Positions 30,717 to 42,427 of a stretch of DNA of 64,000 bases are shown here, piece after piece; position 1 is the first letter of the stretch, and each line of letters starts with the position of its first letter. This stretch comes from an uncultured Gemmatimonadaceae bacterium. GTDB taxonomy: Bacteria > Gemmatimonadota > Gemmatimonadetes > Gemmatimonadales > Gemmatimonadaceae. The notes under the pieces were generated by a model. It did not search any database. It was not told the origin of the DNA and saw nothing but the letters and a program-made list of their open reading frames with translations. The stretch is from contig CAWHHI010000006.1 in assembly GCA_963829055.1 (NCBI GenBank), positions 320,001 through 384,000 of the forward strand, given 5' to 3'. The translations under genes and the position numbers were made by a program.

Positions 30717-33218
30717 TCAGTCGTTGAGGGCCACCATTGGACTCACGCGCGCCGCGCGGCGGGCAGGCACGAGCGTCGCCACCAGCGCGACCGCCGCCAA
30801 CACGACCACGACCAGCGCGATCACCCCCGGATTCAGCGCCTGCACGCCGTAGAGCAGTCCGCCGATCACGCGCGTGAGCCCCAGCATTCCTACGACACCC
30901 AGCGCCAGCCCGATCGCTGTGATGCGCATGCCGTCCCGCACGACGAGACCGAGGATGTCCGCGGCCGTGCTGCCTAACGCCATACGGACGCCGATCTCGC
31001 GGCGTCGCTGCGAGACCTGATACGCGAGCACGCCGTAGATGCCGACCGCGGCCAGGAACAGCGCCACCGCCCCGAACGCGAGCCCGATCAACATCGGCAC
31101 GCGACGCGGCACCAACGCCTGATCGACGCGCTGCTCCATCGTCTGCACGCCGAACACCGGCATCTCGCGGTCGATGGACACGATGGCTGCCCGCACCGCG
31201 CCCGCAACCGCGGCCGCATTCCGCTCGGCCCGAACGGCGAACACCAGATTCCGGTCCGTGGACTGCGAGTACGGGAAGTAGTACGCGCCTATCGGCGTAT
31301 CACTCGGCGTGGGCCCCATGAGCTGTACGTTCCTGATCACGCCGACCACGGTGAGAAAGCGAGTCTTGCCGTCGACGGCCGCCAGATCGTTAGGGTTGGA
31401 CGGCGTGTACATGCGACGGCCAATGGCATCCTGGTTCGGCCAGAAGTGCGCGGCGAGTCGCTCATCGATGATGATCACCGGTTGCGATGTCGGCGTGTCC
31501 CGCGCGTCGAAGAATCGTCCGCGCGAGAGTCGGACGCCCATTGCCTCGAAGAACCCGGTCGTCACGACGACGGAGCTCGGCGACACCAGAGACTCGCCCG
31601 GCTTCATCTCATGGCCCTCGGCCAGGATGATGCTGTTGCTGTAGTCGCCACCGAGAGGAATGGCCGACGTTGCTCCCGCCGCGGTGACGCCCGGCAACTC
31701 GTGGAGCCGTGCCGCTATCCGCGCGGTAACGTCCACCAGCGCGGCATCATCCGCATAACGATACGCCGGCAGTGTGACGGACGCGGTGACTACGCCCGCC
31801 GGCTGGAACCCCGGGTCGACGCGCAGCACGGCGCGGAAACTCGCCAACAGCAGGCCGGCGCCAACGAGCAGTACGAACGCCAGTGATACCTGCGCAACAG
31901 CCAGGCCTCGACGCAGGCGCGCTGCCGCGCCGCTCGACGTCCCGCCGCGGCCGCCCTCGCGCAGGTACGTTGTGAGGCTCGCGCGACGCAGCTGCGCGAC
32001 CGGCACGAACCCGGCGAGCAATCCGACGACGAACGCGAGCGCGAGGACCAGCAGGACCGTTTGCCAGTCGAGGCCGATCTCATCGCCACGCGGCAGCAGC
32101 TCGAGGTGCAACGCAGTCAGCGACCGCAGCATCCACCATCCGGCCATCGTGCCCAGCAGTCCGCCGGTGAGCGTGAGCAGCGTCGTCTCGGTGAGCAGTT
32201 GGCGCGCCAGCCGTGGGAGCTCCGCGCCTAACGCATGACGCGTCGCCAGCTCGCGTGCCCGACCCGCGGACCGAACCAGCGTGAGATTTGCGAGGTTCAC
32301 GCCACCGACGAGCAGCACGAGCATGACGCCGCCCCACAGCAGGTACAGCGTCGGGCGCACGTCGCGAATGACGGCGTCCTGCAGGCGGACGACCGTCGTG
32401 TGGAACCCCGCATCGCGAAGCAGCTTGGCCATCGCCGGCAGCCGTTGATCCGTGCGCGCGTTGAGATCGTTGATCTGCCGCTGCGCCTGCTCGATCGTCG
32501 CGCCGGGCTTGAGACGCGCGATCATCGACCAGTTGTTATTGTGTCGGTTCGCGTCGAGCGATGCGTCGGGCGTGAACGCGAGCGGGAGCCAGAGGTCGGT
32601 GTCGTTCCAGAGGTAGCGGAAGTCGGGTTGCATAACGCCGACGACGCGGTACGGCTTGCCGTTCACGCGAATGTCGCGACCGACTACGGACCGGTCACCC
32701 CCGTACTCCCGCTGCCAGAACCCGTACGACAGCACGACCTTCGCATCCTGATCCGGCTTCTCATCCTCCGAGAGGAAGAGCCGTCCCACGTCGGCACGTG
32801 CGCCGAGGAGCCGGAAGAAGGAAGGCGTCACGCTGAGCGCCGCGACACGTTGCGCGCCGTCGTTCGAGCCGAGTGTCGGATTGCGGCGGACGTAAAGCGC
32901 CTGCTCCGAGAAGACGGTCGTCTCGCGCAGCCGGTCGACGTAGTCGGGAACCGAGGTCGCGGTCTCGCCCGGCCCGGCCTTCGTGAAGCCGGCCTTCGGA
33001 TACAGGTTCGCGAACAGGACTATGCGATCCGGGTTCTCGAACGGCAGCGGCTTGAGCACGACTGACCGCACGATGCTGAAGATCGCGGTGTTCGCCCCCA
33101 GGCACACAATGAGCGTGAGCAGGGCGGTGGCCGTGAACGTGCGATCGCGCGAGAGACTGCGAATCGCGACGCGCGCGTCTCGCGCGACGTCGGCAAGCTT
33201 GCTCGTAGCCGAGCCCAT
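30717..33218 (-). CDS. ADOP-family duplicated ABC permease
   Basis: GANTAIFSIV..V.LKPLPF, NLANL, RELATRHALGA, REIGVRMALG; exact start uncertain (33218-33287). Confidence 0.92.
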   Translation of the reverse strand: MGSATSKLADVARDARVAIRSLSRDRTFTATALLTLIVCLGANTAIFSIVRSVVLKPLPFENPDRIVLFANLYPKAGFTKAGPGETATSVPDYVDRLRETTVFSEQALYVRRNPTLGSNDGAQRVAALSVTPSFFRLLGARADVGRLFLSEDEKPDQDAKVVLSYGFWQREYGGDRSVVGRDIRVNGKPYRVVGVMQPDFRYLWNDTDLWLPLAFTPDASLDANRHNNNWSMIARLKPGATIEQAQRQINDLNARTDQRLPAMAKLLRDAGFHTTVVRLQDAVIRDVRPTLYLLWGGVMLVLLVGGVNLANLTLVRSAGRARELATRHALGAELPRLARQLLTETTLLTLTGGLLGTMAGWWMLRSLTALHLELLPRGDEIGLDWQTVLLVLALAFVVGLLAGFVPVAQLRRASLTTYLREGGRGGTSSGAAARLRRGLAVAQVSLAFVLLVGAGLLLASFRAVLRVDPGFQPAGVVTASVTLPAYRYADDAALVDVTARIAARLHELPGVTAAGATSAIPLGGDYSNSIILAEGHEMKPGESLVSPSSVVVTTGFFEAMGVRLSRGRFFDARDTPTSQPVIIIDERLAAHFWPNQDAIGRRMYTPSNPNDLAAVDGKTRFLTVVGVIRNVQLMGPTPSDTPIGAYYFPYSQSTDRNLVFAVRAERNAAAVAGAVRAAIVSIDREMPVFGVQTMEQRVDQALVPRRVPMLIGLAFGAVALFLAAVGIYGVLAYQVSQRRREIGVRMALGSTAADILGLVVRDGMRITAIGLALGVVGMLGLTRVIGGLLYGVQALNPGVIALVVVVLAAVALVATLVPARRAARVSPMVALND

Positions 33219-33720
33219 TGGATCTCCCGTCATACGCCCAATGTCACACGCCCGAAAGGGCCGTGCCGGACGGTGCAGGTCAGTCACCGCCCGGTCAAGT
33301 CGATACGTCCCGACTACGGCGCCGGTTTCCGCCTCCGGTTACCTCGAGCATGTCGTCCCCATGCTGGCACGTACGAACAGTAGTGCGAGCGCGACGCCGT
33401 CGCATCACCCGAGACGAGCTCGGCGATCGCCGATCGCACCGTCAGTCGAGGCTCTCGTGTCATGGCCAGTCACTCAGCGCTCAGCCGTCAGCAAGAGGTC
33501 GTGGTTTCAGGTATCAGGGTGACGTCGCCCTTCGAGACACGCCTGACGCCTGAAACCTCATCCGTAAGAGGTAGGCGGTGACCGCACTTCCTGACACCTG
33601 GCCAGTAGCTGAGCCACGGCCGCCGTGCGGCATGACCCATCGCCCACATTCACCCGTCTACCCAACACTGGTCGCGCTACCGCCATCCTTAATACAGGAG
33701 TGGTGGCGGTGTGCATTGAC

Positions 33721-33755
33721 GACCAGCTACCAGCACGAGCGACCAGCCACCAGCT
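33721..33755 (+). repeat. Heptamer tandem repeat (ACCAGCN)5, near-identical to 61180-61214 on the opposite strand
   Basis: GACCAGCTACCAGCACGAGCGACCAGCCACCAGCT versus the reverse complement GACCAGCGACCAGCACGAGCGACCAGCTACCAGCT. Confidence 0.75.
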
Positions 33756-33795
33756 CAGTCCTCAACTCAAACGGTTAAATCACTTGCCAGCCCCC

Positions 33796-34542
33796 ATGCG
33801 AACAGCCAATCCCGCGCTCAAGGAAGGCACGTTCACCGGTATTCGTGCGGCAGCCGGCGAGGCCGCCATGACATTGCAGGGCACGGCGACCAAGTCGATG
33901 CTGCTGCTCCTCCTGACCGTGTTCGCGGCGAGCTTCACGTGGCGCGCGGTCGCGTCAGGCAACGTGACGATCCTCATGCCGGCCGCGCTCATCGGCGGGC
34001 TCGGCGGATTCATCGTCGCGATGATCACGATCTTCAAGCCGAACGTCTCGCCCTACACGGCGCCGATTTACGCGGTGCTCGAGGGGCTGCTTCTCGGCGC
34101 GATCTCGTCGCTCTACAACGCGCGATGGGCGGGTCTGCCGTTGCAGGCCGTTGGACTCACGTTCGGCGTCTTCATGGCCATGCTGATCGTGTACCGCCTC
34201 GGCCTCGTTCGCGCGACGGAGAAGTTCCGACTCGGCGTCGTCGCGGCGACGGGCGGCATCGCGATCATGTACCTCCTGAGCTTCGTCCTCGGATTCTTCG
34301 GCGTGCAGATGAACTTCCTGCGCGACTCGAGCCCGCTGTCGATCGGCATCAGCGTCGTCATCGTCGTCGTCGCGGCGCTCAACCTCGTGCTCGACTTCGA
34401 TTTCATCGAGCGTGGCGTTTCCTATCGCGCACCGAAATACATGGAGTGGTACGGCGCGTTCGGTCTGCTCGTGACGCTCGTGTGGCTCTATCTCGAGATC
34501 CTGCGCCTGCTCTCGAAGCTGCAGGGCCGCGGTCGTAGCTGA
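33796..34542 (+). CDS. Bax inhibitor-1/YccA family membrane protein
   Basis: MRTANPAL, YAVLEGL.LG, LVLDFDFIE.G, APKYMEWYGAFGLLVTLVWLYLEILRLL. Confidence 0.93.
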   Translation: MRTANPALKEGTFTGIRAAAGEAAMTLQGTATKSMLLLLLTVFAASFTWRAVASGNVTILMPAALIGGLGGFIVAMITIFKPNVSPYTAPIYAVLEGLLLGAISSLYNARWAGLPLQAVGLTFGVFMAMLIVYRLGLVRATEKFRLGVVAATGGIAIMYLLSFVLGFFGVQMNFLRDSSPLSIGISVVIVVVAALNLVLDFDFIERGVSYRAPKYMEWYGAFGLLVTLVWLYLEILRLLSKLQGRGRS

Positions 34543-34558
34543 GGACTGCTTCGGCACG

Positions 34559-34610
34559 GTCATCCCGAGCGCCAGCTCCGTGTCATCCCGAGCGCCAGCG
34601 AGGGATCTTC
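34559..34610. repeat. REP-like half element GTCATCCCGAGCG x2 ...CGAGGGATCT
   Basis: Variant of the GTCATTCCGAGCG family; reverse complement matches 61296-61340. Confidence 0.7.
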
Positions 34611-34662
34611 TGTAAGGCTCCCGTAGCCGGTCAGAGGCGAGTCAGAGAGTCGATCGCGCAAT

Positions 34663-34920
34663 TCCAACAGCGACGCAGAATTCGCAGACGCGCTACGCGC
34701 GCAACGCAGAAGGACGCAGAAACGGCCGCTCGGGACAGGCGCGCTGCGCCAAGCTTTTGAAAGGGGGACGACCTCGGCACGCATTGGCTGCCAGAGGTCG
34801 TCCCCCTTTCTTCACGGCCCAGCGAGAGGGAGCCTGGCCCCACAGTGTGTTGCGGTTTTCTGCGTCCTTCTGCGTTGCGGCCGCGAAGCGGCCGCCTGCG
34901 AATTCTGCGTCGCTGTTGGA
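34663..34920. repeat. ~258-bp nested inverted-repeat element (MITE-like or structured RNA), copy 1
   Basis: 25-bp terminal IR TCCAACAGCGACGCAGAATTCGCAG, 23-bp inner IR, 16-bp central stem AAAGGGGGACGACCTC. Confidence 0.85.
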
Positions 34921-34966
34921 TCTAGAGACCCAACCGTATTCGCGCGAACGACATGCACGAGGCAGT

Positions 34967-36621
34967 CTACATTCGCGGGAAGCTGTCGATCGGCGAAGGG
35001 CGCACCCATGGCCGGCAGCCGGGCCGCGGATTGGTCGGCATTGGCTGGACTGGGAACGCATCAGCGCTCGCGGACTCGAGGCGAACCGGATCGCTGAGAT
35101 CGAAGAGGTCCAGCGTCACGCCTCCAGCGATGGATGGTAAGGACAACGAGTCGCGCTTCACCCCGATGGTCGACAGGTATCCCCGCAGCGCCAGGCGCGC
35201 GGTTCGGAACGCGGGAGTGGCGGAGGTCAGGACCCAGAGCCGAGCTGTGCCTCGATAGCGGTCCACGTCACGGACGAACGCGCGCGTGTCGTTCCGGTCG
35301 CACGCCGCCGTGGTCCAGTCACTCGGCTGCAGCCCGTAACGCGGTCCGTAGAACAACATGCCGATGCGCGAGAGGGGGAACACGTACACGACGTCACCCG
35401 GCCGGCGGTTCTTCTGCAGGTAGGCGAGGACGGCTCGATGATGCTCCAGCTCGTACGGGGGAAGGGGATCCACGATCGCGATGGCAGGAGCCACGAGCAG
35501 CGCCGCCATTGCCGCACCACCTAACGCTGGGTGAAGGCGCGACGACGCTACGGCGTACCAGCTCCGTGCCGGCCGCGATGGCGAGCAGCACGATCGGGAC
35601 CAGATACAGCATGAGGCGCCCGCGGAACGGATACTGGTGCGCGAGTGCCGCCGCGATCGCCGCCACCAGTGGCCCGAAAAGCAGCAGGGCGACATCACGA
35701 CGCGACCGCCACACGGCCACGAAACCGATCACCATTGCGACGGTGAACACGACCGGCCAACCGGTAGTGCAGCAGAGTCAGGTCGGTGAACAGAGAGAGG
35801 GTCTGGTTCCAGAACCACCGCACCGTCGAGAGTCCAAGCGGGAACGGCACGAAGCCTCCCCGCCAGAAATCATCCATGAACTCGCGTGTCGTGGGCGTCA
35901 TGCTGCGAAGCCCCGCAATGATCGCGACTGCCGATGCCGCAGCCCAGAGCGGGATCGTGATGAGGAGTGCTCGGCCCGTTGGCCGATCGCGTGACAGCAG
36001 CCACTGCAGGGCGAGCGCGACGCCGATGCCGCCCATGACGAGCACGGAGGCCTGCGAGAACCAGATGATCACGAACCCGATGGCGCCGATGAGCACGAGC
36101 CGACGAGTGGAGACGTTAGGCCGACGCAGGTCGAGCGCGAGGACCAGGAGCAGAACAGTCGCGGTCACGTCCACCGAGTACTGCTTCACCTCCGCGCCGT
36201 ACTTGATGAACGGTACTCCGATCGCGAACAGCGCCAGTGCGAAAGGCGCCGCCAGGCCGTCGAGCGTTCGCTCGGCGAGTCGTCGGAAGAGGAACACGCC
36301 GGCGACGCCGCAGAGGAAGGGGAACAGTCGCAGCGCGAGCTCGTTGCCGCCCAGCACGTCGACCGCCGCTTTCTCGATGAGCAGGAATCCGCGCGGCGCG
36401 ACCTGGTCGAGCTTGAGCGGCTGCGTCACCAGCTCCGTACTCGTTAGGCCGAGTATGTTGCGGGAGAGCAGGATCTCGTCGAGGGAGAGGGTGGGGTTGC
36501 CGGCCCACGCCCACACGCGTAACGCGACACCGAGAATCACCAGGGCCGTAGCGAACCGCGCGCTCCGTAGCGCGTCCTCGATACGGGGTTGGTCTCGCGA
36601 TGCGGCCGCCGATTCCGTCAT
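34967..36621 (-). CDS. GT-C fold (GT39/PMT-like) membrane glycosyltransferase; two +1 frameshifts (~35760, ~35545)
   Basis: LSLDE, Q.APRGFL, ELALRL.P, EVKQYS, YPF.GRL motifs across three ORFs; ATG overlaps the sulfatase stop. Confidence 0.78.
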
Positions 36622-38183
36622 TTGCCGCGCAGCATTGCGACCGTGCCGTCCACACCGTCGGGAAGCTGGTCGTTCGCGAGTTGGTCGTCGTCTCGGACGG
36701 CGCGTTTCAGTCGCATGAGCTCCGCCTTGAGGGTGGCCGTGAGCTGCTCCTGGCCAGGCTGCCCATAGATGTTGTTCATCTCGAGCGGATCGTTCACGAG
36801 GTCGTACAGCTCCCACTGATCCTTCTTCCAGAAGTAGATCAGCTTGTGCGTCTTCGTCCGGACGCCGTAGTGCGCGCGCGTGTTGTGATCGCCCGGGTCG
36901 TGGTAGTAGCGGTAGTACATGGACGTTCGCCAGTCCGTCGGCGTTCGGCCACGCAGGATTGGCAGCATGCTGCGTCCCTGCATCTCGTTAGGTACCGGTA
37001 GCCCGGCAGCCTCGAGAAACGTCGGCGCGAAATCAACGTTGAGTCCCATCGCAGCGCTGCGCGAGCCAGCCTTGATCGCCGCGGGCCAGCGGATGACGAA
37101 CGGCATACGCAGCGACTCCTCGTACATGAAGCGCTTGTCGAACAGCCCATGGTCGCCGAGAAAAAAGCCCTGGTCGCTGGTGTAGATGACGATGGTGTTC
37201 CGGGCGAGACCGTTCCGGTCGAGATAGTCGAGCACGCGGCCGACGTTGTCGTCCACCGATTGTACCGTCGCGAGGTAGTCCTGCATGTATCGCTGGTACT
37301 TCCAGCGGGCGAGCGCTTCGCCCGTGAGCGTGACGGTCGTTCCGCCCCGCGTGGTCGTCACCGTATCGGGCTTCGTCATCAGCCATTTCGTGAGGCTATC
37401 GCCCGCCAGGCCAGTCGGCGGAACGAGCTTGAGATCGCGTCGCGTCATGTCTTTCGCGACGCGCTGCTCGTTTTCGTGCAGTGCGTCCGTTCGCGTCACG
37501 TACGAATCCCAGAGCGTCGACGGCTCCGGAATCCACCGGTCCACGAACGGCGCGCGATGCGCCTGGTCCGGTTCCCACGGCCAATGCGGCGCCTTGTTGT
37601 GCATCATCAGGAAGAACGGCTTGTTGCGCGGCCGCGCCTTCAGGAAGTCGAGCGCGAGGTCGGCGATGAGATCGGTGGCGTAGCGCCCCGTATACGTCGA
37701 CTCGCCTGTGGCTGTGTACATGATCGGATCCATGTACGCGCCCTGCCCGGGGAAGATCTCCCAGTGGTCGAAGCCGACCGGATCGCTGCCGAGGTGCCAC
37801 TTGCCGATCATGCCCGTGTAGTAGCCGCCCCGCTGCAGCAACTGCGCGACCGTCAGGCGCGAGCTGTCGAAGCGGTTGAACATCGTGACGCCATTCACGT
37901 GCGAGTACTGCCCCGTGAGGATCGTCGCGCGACTCGGCGTGCAGATGGAGTTCGTGGCGAACACGTTCTCCATGAGCATGCCTTCTCGCGCGATCCGATC
38001 GATGTTCGGCGTCCGGTTCACCCGTGACCCGTATGCGCTGATCGCGTGCGCAGCGTGGTCATCAGACATGATGAACACGATGTTCGGCCGCTCGGCCAGC
38101 TCGCGACTGTCGGTGCGGTGGTCGCTCGGCGCCGGCGCCGATCCCGTCGTCGAAAGGAGCAGGACTGCGATGAATGGGCGCAT
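36618..38183 (-). CDS. Sulfatase (arylsulfatase A-like) with signal peptide
   Basis: PNIVFIMSDDH, SICTPSRA (CxPxR), GKWHLG, YTSDQGF.LGDHG..DKR. Confidence 0.95.
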   Translation of the reverse strand: MRPFIAVLLLSTTGSAPAPSDHRTDSRELAERPNIVFIMSDDHAAHAISAYGSRVNRTPNIDRIAREGMLMENVFATNSICTPSRATILTGQYSHVNGVTMFNRFDSSRLTVAQLLQRGGYYTGMIGKWHLGSDPVGFDHWEIFPGQGAYMDPIMYTATGESTYTGRYATDLIADLALDFLKARPRNKPFFLMMHNKAPHWPWEPDQAHRAPFVDRWIPEPSTLWDSYVTRTDALHENEQRVAKDMTRRDLKLVPPTGLAGDSLTKWLMTKPDTVTTTRGGTTVTLTGEALARWKYQRYMQDYLATVQSVDDNVGRVLDYLDRNGLARNTIVIYTSDQGFFLGDHGLFDKRFMYEESLRMPFVIRWPAAIKAGSRSAAMGLNVDFAPTFLEAAGLPVPNEMQGRSMLPILRGRTPTDWRTSMYYRYYHDPGDHNTRAHYGVRTKTHKLIYFWKKDQWELYDLVNDPLEMNNIYGQPGQEQLTATLKAELMRLKRAVRDDDQLANDQLPDGVDGTVAMLRGK

Positions 38184-38450
38184 AGCGGATTATGGCGCAT
38201 CGAGGCGCAACCGCCAGCCCGGCGTGTATCGGGCGGATGAAGACAAGACAGGGGATTGGCGGGATCGGGCAGGAATCGTGGCCCGACGCGCCTAACGACT
38301 GACAGCCCCGATCCGCGTGGTGAATGTGTGGGACCCCCATTGTGGCGGCCGCTTGACGCTCGTCGCCCGGTGGTGCATGGTAGCGCGCCGGCGGAGCCCT
38401 CACGGCTACCGCACACCCCAAACGCGCTCCTTCCAGTGGAGGTCGCGAGC

Positions 38451-39050
38451 ATGCCAGCGACGGCCAGACCGCGGGTCAGTCTCACTGTAAACGGTGTCAC
38501 GCAGCAGCACGAGATCGAGCCGCGGCTCCTCCTCGTGCACTACCTGCGCGACGTGCTCGGGCTCACAGGTACACACGTCGGCTGCGACACCAGCCAGTGC
38601 GGGGCGTGCACCGTCCATCTCGATGGGCACGCCGTGAAATCGTGCACCGTGCTCGCGGCGTCAGCCGACGGGAGCACCGTCACGACCATCGAAGGGCTCC
38701 GCCCACACGGACAGTTCCACCCATTGCAGGAGGCATTCTGGCAGGAGCACGGGCTGCAATGCGGCTTCTGCACGCCCGGAATGATCATGACGGGAGTGGA
38801 TCTGCTTCGCGACAATCCGACCGCATCGGCGGAGGAGATCCGCGAGGGGCTCACCGGCAACCTGTGCCGTTGCACCGGCTACCACAACATCGTGCGCGCC
38901 GTGCAAGCCGTGGTCTGGCAGATGGCTCACACGACGGAAATGCCCGCGACGGCGCCCGGCGACGTCATCCCGCCGGAGTCGCTCCCCGGCGGCATTCTCT
39001 CGTCACCCACCGGCGCCGAGATCAAGGTGCCTGGCAGCACCACACGCTGA
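38451..39050 (+). CDS. coxS: CO dehydrogenase/xanthine dehydrogenase family small (2Fe-2S) subunit
   Basis: [36 protein letters not shown]. Confidence 0.92.
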   Translation: MPATARPRVSLTVNGVTQQHEIEPRLLLVHYLRDVLGLTGTHVGCDTSQCGACTVHLDGHAVKSCTVLAASADGSTVTTIEGLRPHGQFHPLQEAFWQEHGLQCGFCTPGMIMTGVDLLRDNPTASAEEIREGLTGNLCRCTGYHNIVRAVQAVVWQMAHTTEMPATAPGDVIPPESLPGGILSSPTGAEIKVPGSTTR

Positions 39051-39062
39051 GGAGCCGCGACC

Positions 39063-41547
39063 ATGGCCACGACGACGACCCCCGCCTCCGGCGATCAACC
39101 CTCGGCCAGTGCCGGCGCAAATGGCGGTGCAGCAGACAGCATCGAACGGCCGTTCGGAGCCCGCATCCGCCGCAAGGAGGATCCGCGGTTCCTCACCGGG
39201 CGCGGCCAGTACACCGATGACGTGCGAATACCGGGGACGCTGCACGCGGCGTTCGTCCGGAGCCCGCACGCGCACGCGCGCATTCGCGCGATCGACCTGG
39301 ACGCCGCGCGAACGTACCCCGGCGTAGTAGCCGTCTACACCGGAAAGGACCTCGCCGAGGGCGGTGTGAACGGCATTCCCACGGGATGGCTCCTGCCGCA
39401 ACTCAAGCCGAGCAACCACCACGCGATTGCCGTCGAGAAGGTGCACTACACCGGCGAGGCGGTCGCCGTGATTGTCGCGGAGTCGCCGTACGCCGCCCGC
39501 GATGCCGCCGAGCTGGTAGTGGTGGACTACGAGCCGCTTCCGGCGGTGGCCGACGCCGAACAGGCGCTGGCAGCGGACGCATCGATCGTGCGCAGTGATG
39601 GAACCGACAACGTCTGCTTTCGCTGGCAGATCGGGGACGCGGCCGCGACCGACGCGGCGTTCTCGCAGGCGTCGACCGTCGTTAGGCAGCGGCTGGTGAA
39701 CCAGCGGCTCATCCCGGTCGCCATCGAGCCCCGCGCTTCGCTCGCCACGTACACGCGGGCGACCGACGAGCTGACGCTGTGGGTGACATCGCAGAACCCG
39801 CACGTCCACCGCCTGATCATGGGCGCGTTCGTGCTCGGACTTCCCGAGCACAAGTTCCGCGTCATCTCGCCGGACGTCGGCGGCGGCTTCGGGTCGAAGA
39901 TCTTCATCTACGCCGAGGAAGTCGCGGTCGCCTGGATCGCGCGAACGCTCGAGCGCCCCGTGAGGTGGACGGCCGAGCGACGCGAGAGCTTCATGACCGA
40001 CTCGCACGGCCGCGACCACATCACCGACGCGGAGATGGCGTTCGACGCGAACGGCCGCATCGTCGGCCTGCGCGTGCGTACGATCGCGAACCTCGGTGCC
40101 CACCTCACGCTCTTCGCCCCGGCGATCCCCACGTACCTGTACGGCACGCTCCTCTCCGGCCAGTACCGCATTCCGGCGATCCACGCCGAGGTGACCGGCG
40201 TGTTCACGCACACCACACCGGTGGATGCCTACCGCGGTGCCGGCCGCCCGGAGGCATGCTACCTCCTGGAGCGCATGGTGGACCTGGGCGCCCGACAGCT
40301 CGGCGTTGACCCGGCCGAGCTTCGCCGCCGGAACTTCATCCCGGCCCGACCAGTTCCCCTACCTGACGCCAGTCGCGCTCCAGTACGACAGCGGCAACTA
40401 CGAGCCGGCGCTCGACCGCGCGCTGGCGATGGCGGACTACACGAACTTTCGCGTGGAGCAGCAGCGGCTGCGCCAGCAGGGACGTTTCGTCGGCGTCGGA
40501 CTCTCGAGCTACATCGAGGCCTGCGGCCTCGCGCCGTCGCAGGTGGTCGGCCAGCTCGGCGCGCAGGCGGGACTCTACGAGAGTGCCAGCGTGCGTGTCT
40601 ACCCGACGGGGAAAGTCAGCGTCTACACCGGTTCGCAGCAGCAGGGGCAGGGGCACGAGACCACGTTCGCGCAGATCGTCGCCGATCGCCTTGGCATCTC
40701 CACCGACGACGTCGACGTCGTACATGGTGACACCGGACGCGTGCAGTTTGGGATGGGCACCTACGGCAGCCGCAGCGCGTCGGTAGGCGGGTCCGCGATC
40801 GTCGTGAGCCTCGACAAGATCGTGGAGAAGAGCAAGCGCATCGCGGCACACATGCTCGAGGCGGCGCCCGAAGACATCGAGCTCACGGCGGGCCGCTTCC
40901 ACGTCCGTGGCTTTCCGGACCGGTCGAAGGGACTGGCCGACATCAGCCTGGCTGCCTATCTCGCTCACAGCATGCCCGCGGGAATGGAGCCGGGTCTCGA
41001 GGCGATGAGCTTCTTCGACCCGCCGAACTTCACGTACCCATTCGGGACGCACATCGCGATGGTGGAGGTGGATGCCGACACCGGGCACGTCACGCTGCTG
41101 CGCTACATCGCGGTGGACGACGTCGGCAACGTCATCAATCCGATGATCGTGGACGGCCAACTGCACGGCGGGATCGCACAGGGCGTCGCGCAGGCGCTCT
41201 GGGAAAGCGCCGAGTACGATGACAGCGCGCAGTTGCTCACTGGCTCGCTCATGAACTACGGCCTCCCGAAAGCGAATCAGTTGCCGTTCTTCGAGCTCGA
41301 TCGCACGGTCACGCCGTCACCCGTGAACCCGCTTGGCGTCAAGGGCGTGGGTGAGGCGGGCGCGATTGCGTCACCACCAGCCGTTGTGAACGCGGTGATG
41401 GACGCGCTGAGCCCGTTCGGCATCGCGCACCTCGACATGCCGCTGACGGCGCCGAAGGTGTGGCAGGCCATGCAGGCGGCGCGCGCGAATGGAAGCGCGA
41501 GTGGAAATGCAGGCGGCGGTACCACGACGGCGACTACGGGGAGGTGA
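39063..41547 (+). CDS. coxL: Molybdopterin-binding large subunit, form II CoxL-like; +1 frameshift near 40347
   Basis: RKEDPRFLTG, VGGGFGSK, AYRGAGRPEA, GQGHETT, GTYGSRS, KGVGEAG across ORFs 39063..40730 and 40225..41547. Confidence 0.9.
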
Positions 41548-41554
41548 GCTCAGC

Positions 41555-42427
41555 ATGTATCCGGCACCCTTCGAGTATCATCGCGCGACCAGTGTGGACG
41601 ACGCGCTCGCGCTCCTCGCGGCGTATGGGGATGACGGCAAGCTGATCGCCGGGGGGCACAGCCTGCTCCCGGTGATGAAGCTGCGCTTCTCCCAGCCCGC
41701 GCACCTCATCGACATCCGTCGTGTACCCGAGCTCGCGGGGATTCGGGAGCAGGACGGCACGCTCCGCATTGGCGCGACGACGACGCACGCCGCCGTCGCC
41801 GCATCAGACGTGATCCGGCGCCGAGTGCCAGTGCTCGCGGAGGCGGCGTCGCGCATCGGGGACACACAGGTCCGGAACATGGGCACGATCGGCGGGAGCC
41901 TCGCTCATGCCGACCCCGCCGCTGACCTGCCGGCCGTGACGCTCGCGTTAGGCGCGGAGCTGCACACCGTCGGGCGCAATGGCCCGCGCGCGATTCCGAT
42001 CGACGACTTCTTCACCGGCATGTTCTCATCCGCGCTCGCGCCGGATGAGGTGCTCGTCGACGTGCGCGTCCCGTTCCCGGTGGCAGACACCGGTGGCGCG
42101 TACGAGAAGTATCCGGACCCGGCCTCAGGATACGCGCTCGTCGGCGTGGCGGCTGTGGTGACGCTCGGCGCCGGTGGCGTCGTACAGCGCGCGCGCGTGG
42201 CCATGACCGGATTCGCATCGTCCGCGGTCCGGCTCACCGGAGTGGAGGCGACGCTGACGGGAAAGGCAGCATCGCCCGACCAGATCGAGGGCGCGGCGCG
42301 GCGAGCCGTCGAGGGGCTGGAACTGCGCGATGCGACCGGAGGCGGCGCGGCATTCAAGGCCAACCTCGCGGCTGTCTACACGCGGCGCGCGCTGACCCGC
42401 GCCGTCGCCCGCGCGCGCCGCCCGTGA
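41555..42427 (+). CDS. coxM: FAD-binding medium subunit
   Basis: MYPAPFEYHR, IAGGHSLLPVMKLR, QVRNMGTIGGS.AH.DP.AD. Confidence 0.92.
   Translation: MYPAPFEYHRATSVDDALALLAAYGDDGKLIAGGHSLLPVMKLRFSQPAHLIDIRRVPELAGIREQDGTLRIGATTTHAAVAASDVIRRRVPVLAEAASRIGDTQVRNMGTIGGSLAHADPAADLPAVTLALGAELHTVGRNGPRAIPIDDFFTGMFSSALAPDEVLVDVRVPFPVADTGGAYEKYPDPASGYALVGVAAVVTLGAGGVVQRARVAMTGFASSAVRLTGVEATLTGKAASPDQIEGAARRAVEGLELRDATGGGAAFKANLAAVYTRRALTRAVARARRP

Noticed and set aside
33240..33795. Hidden gene in the ~550-bp spacer
   Set aside because: Only short unconvincing ORFs without RBS or recognisable motifs; the region contains heptamer repeat patches.
34560..35140. ORFs across the inverted-repeat elements (also 46621-47126 and 18032-18458)
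   Set aside because: Open frames arise from the repeat sequence; no protein-like motifs or start signals.
39063..41547. Genuine aerobic CO dehydrogenase (form I)
   Set aside because: The motif is AYRGAGR rather than AYXCSFR, and the order is SLM.
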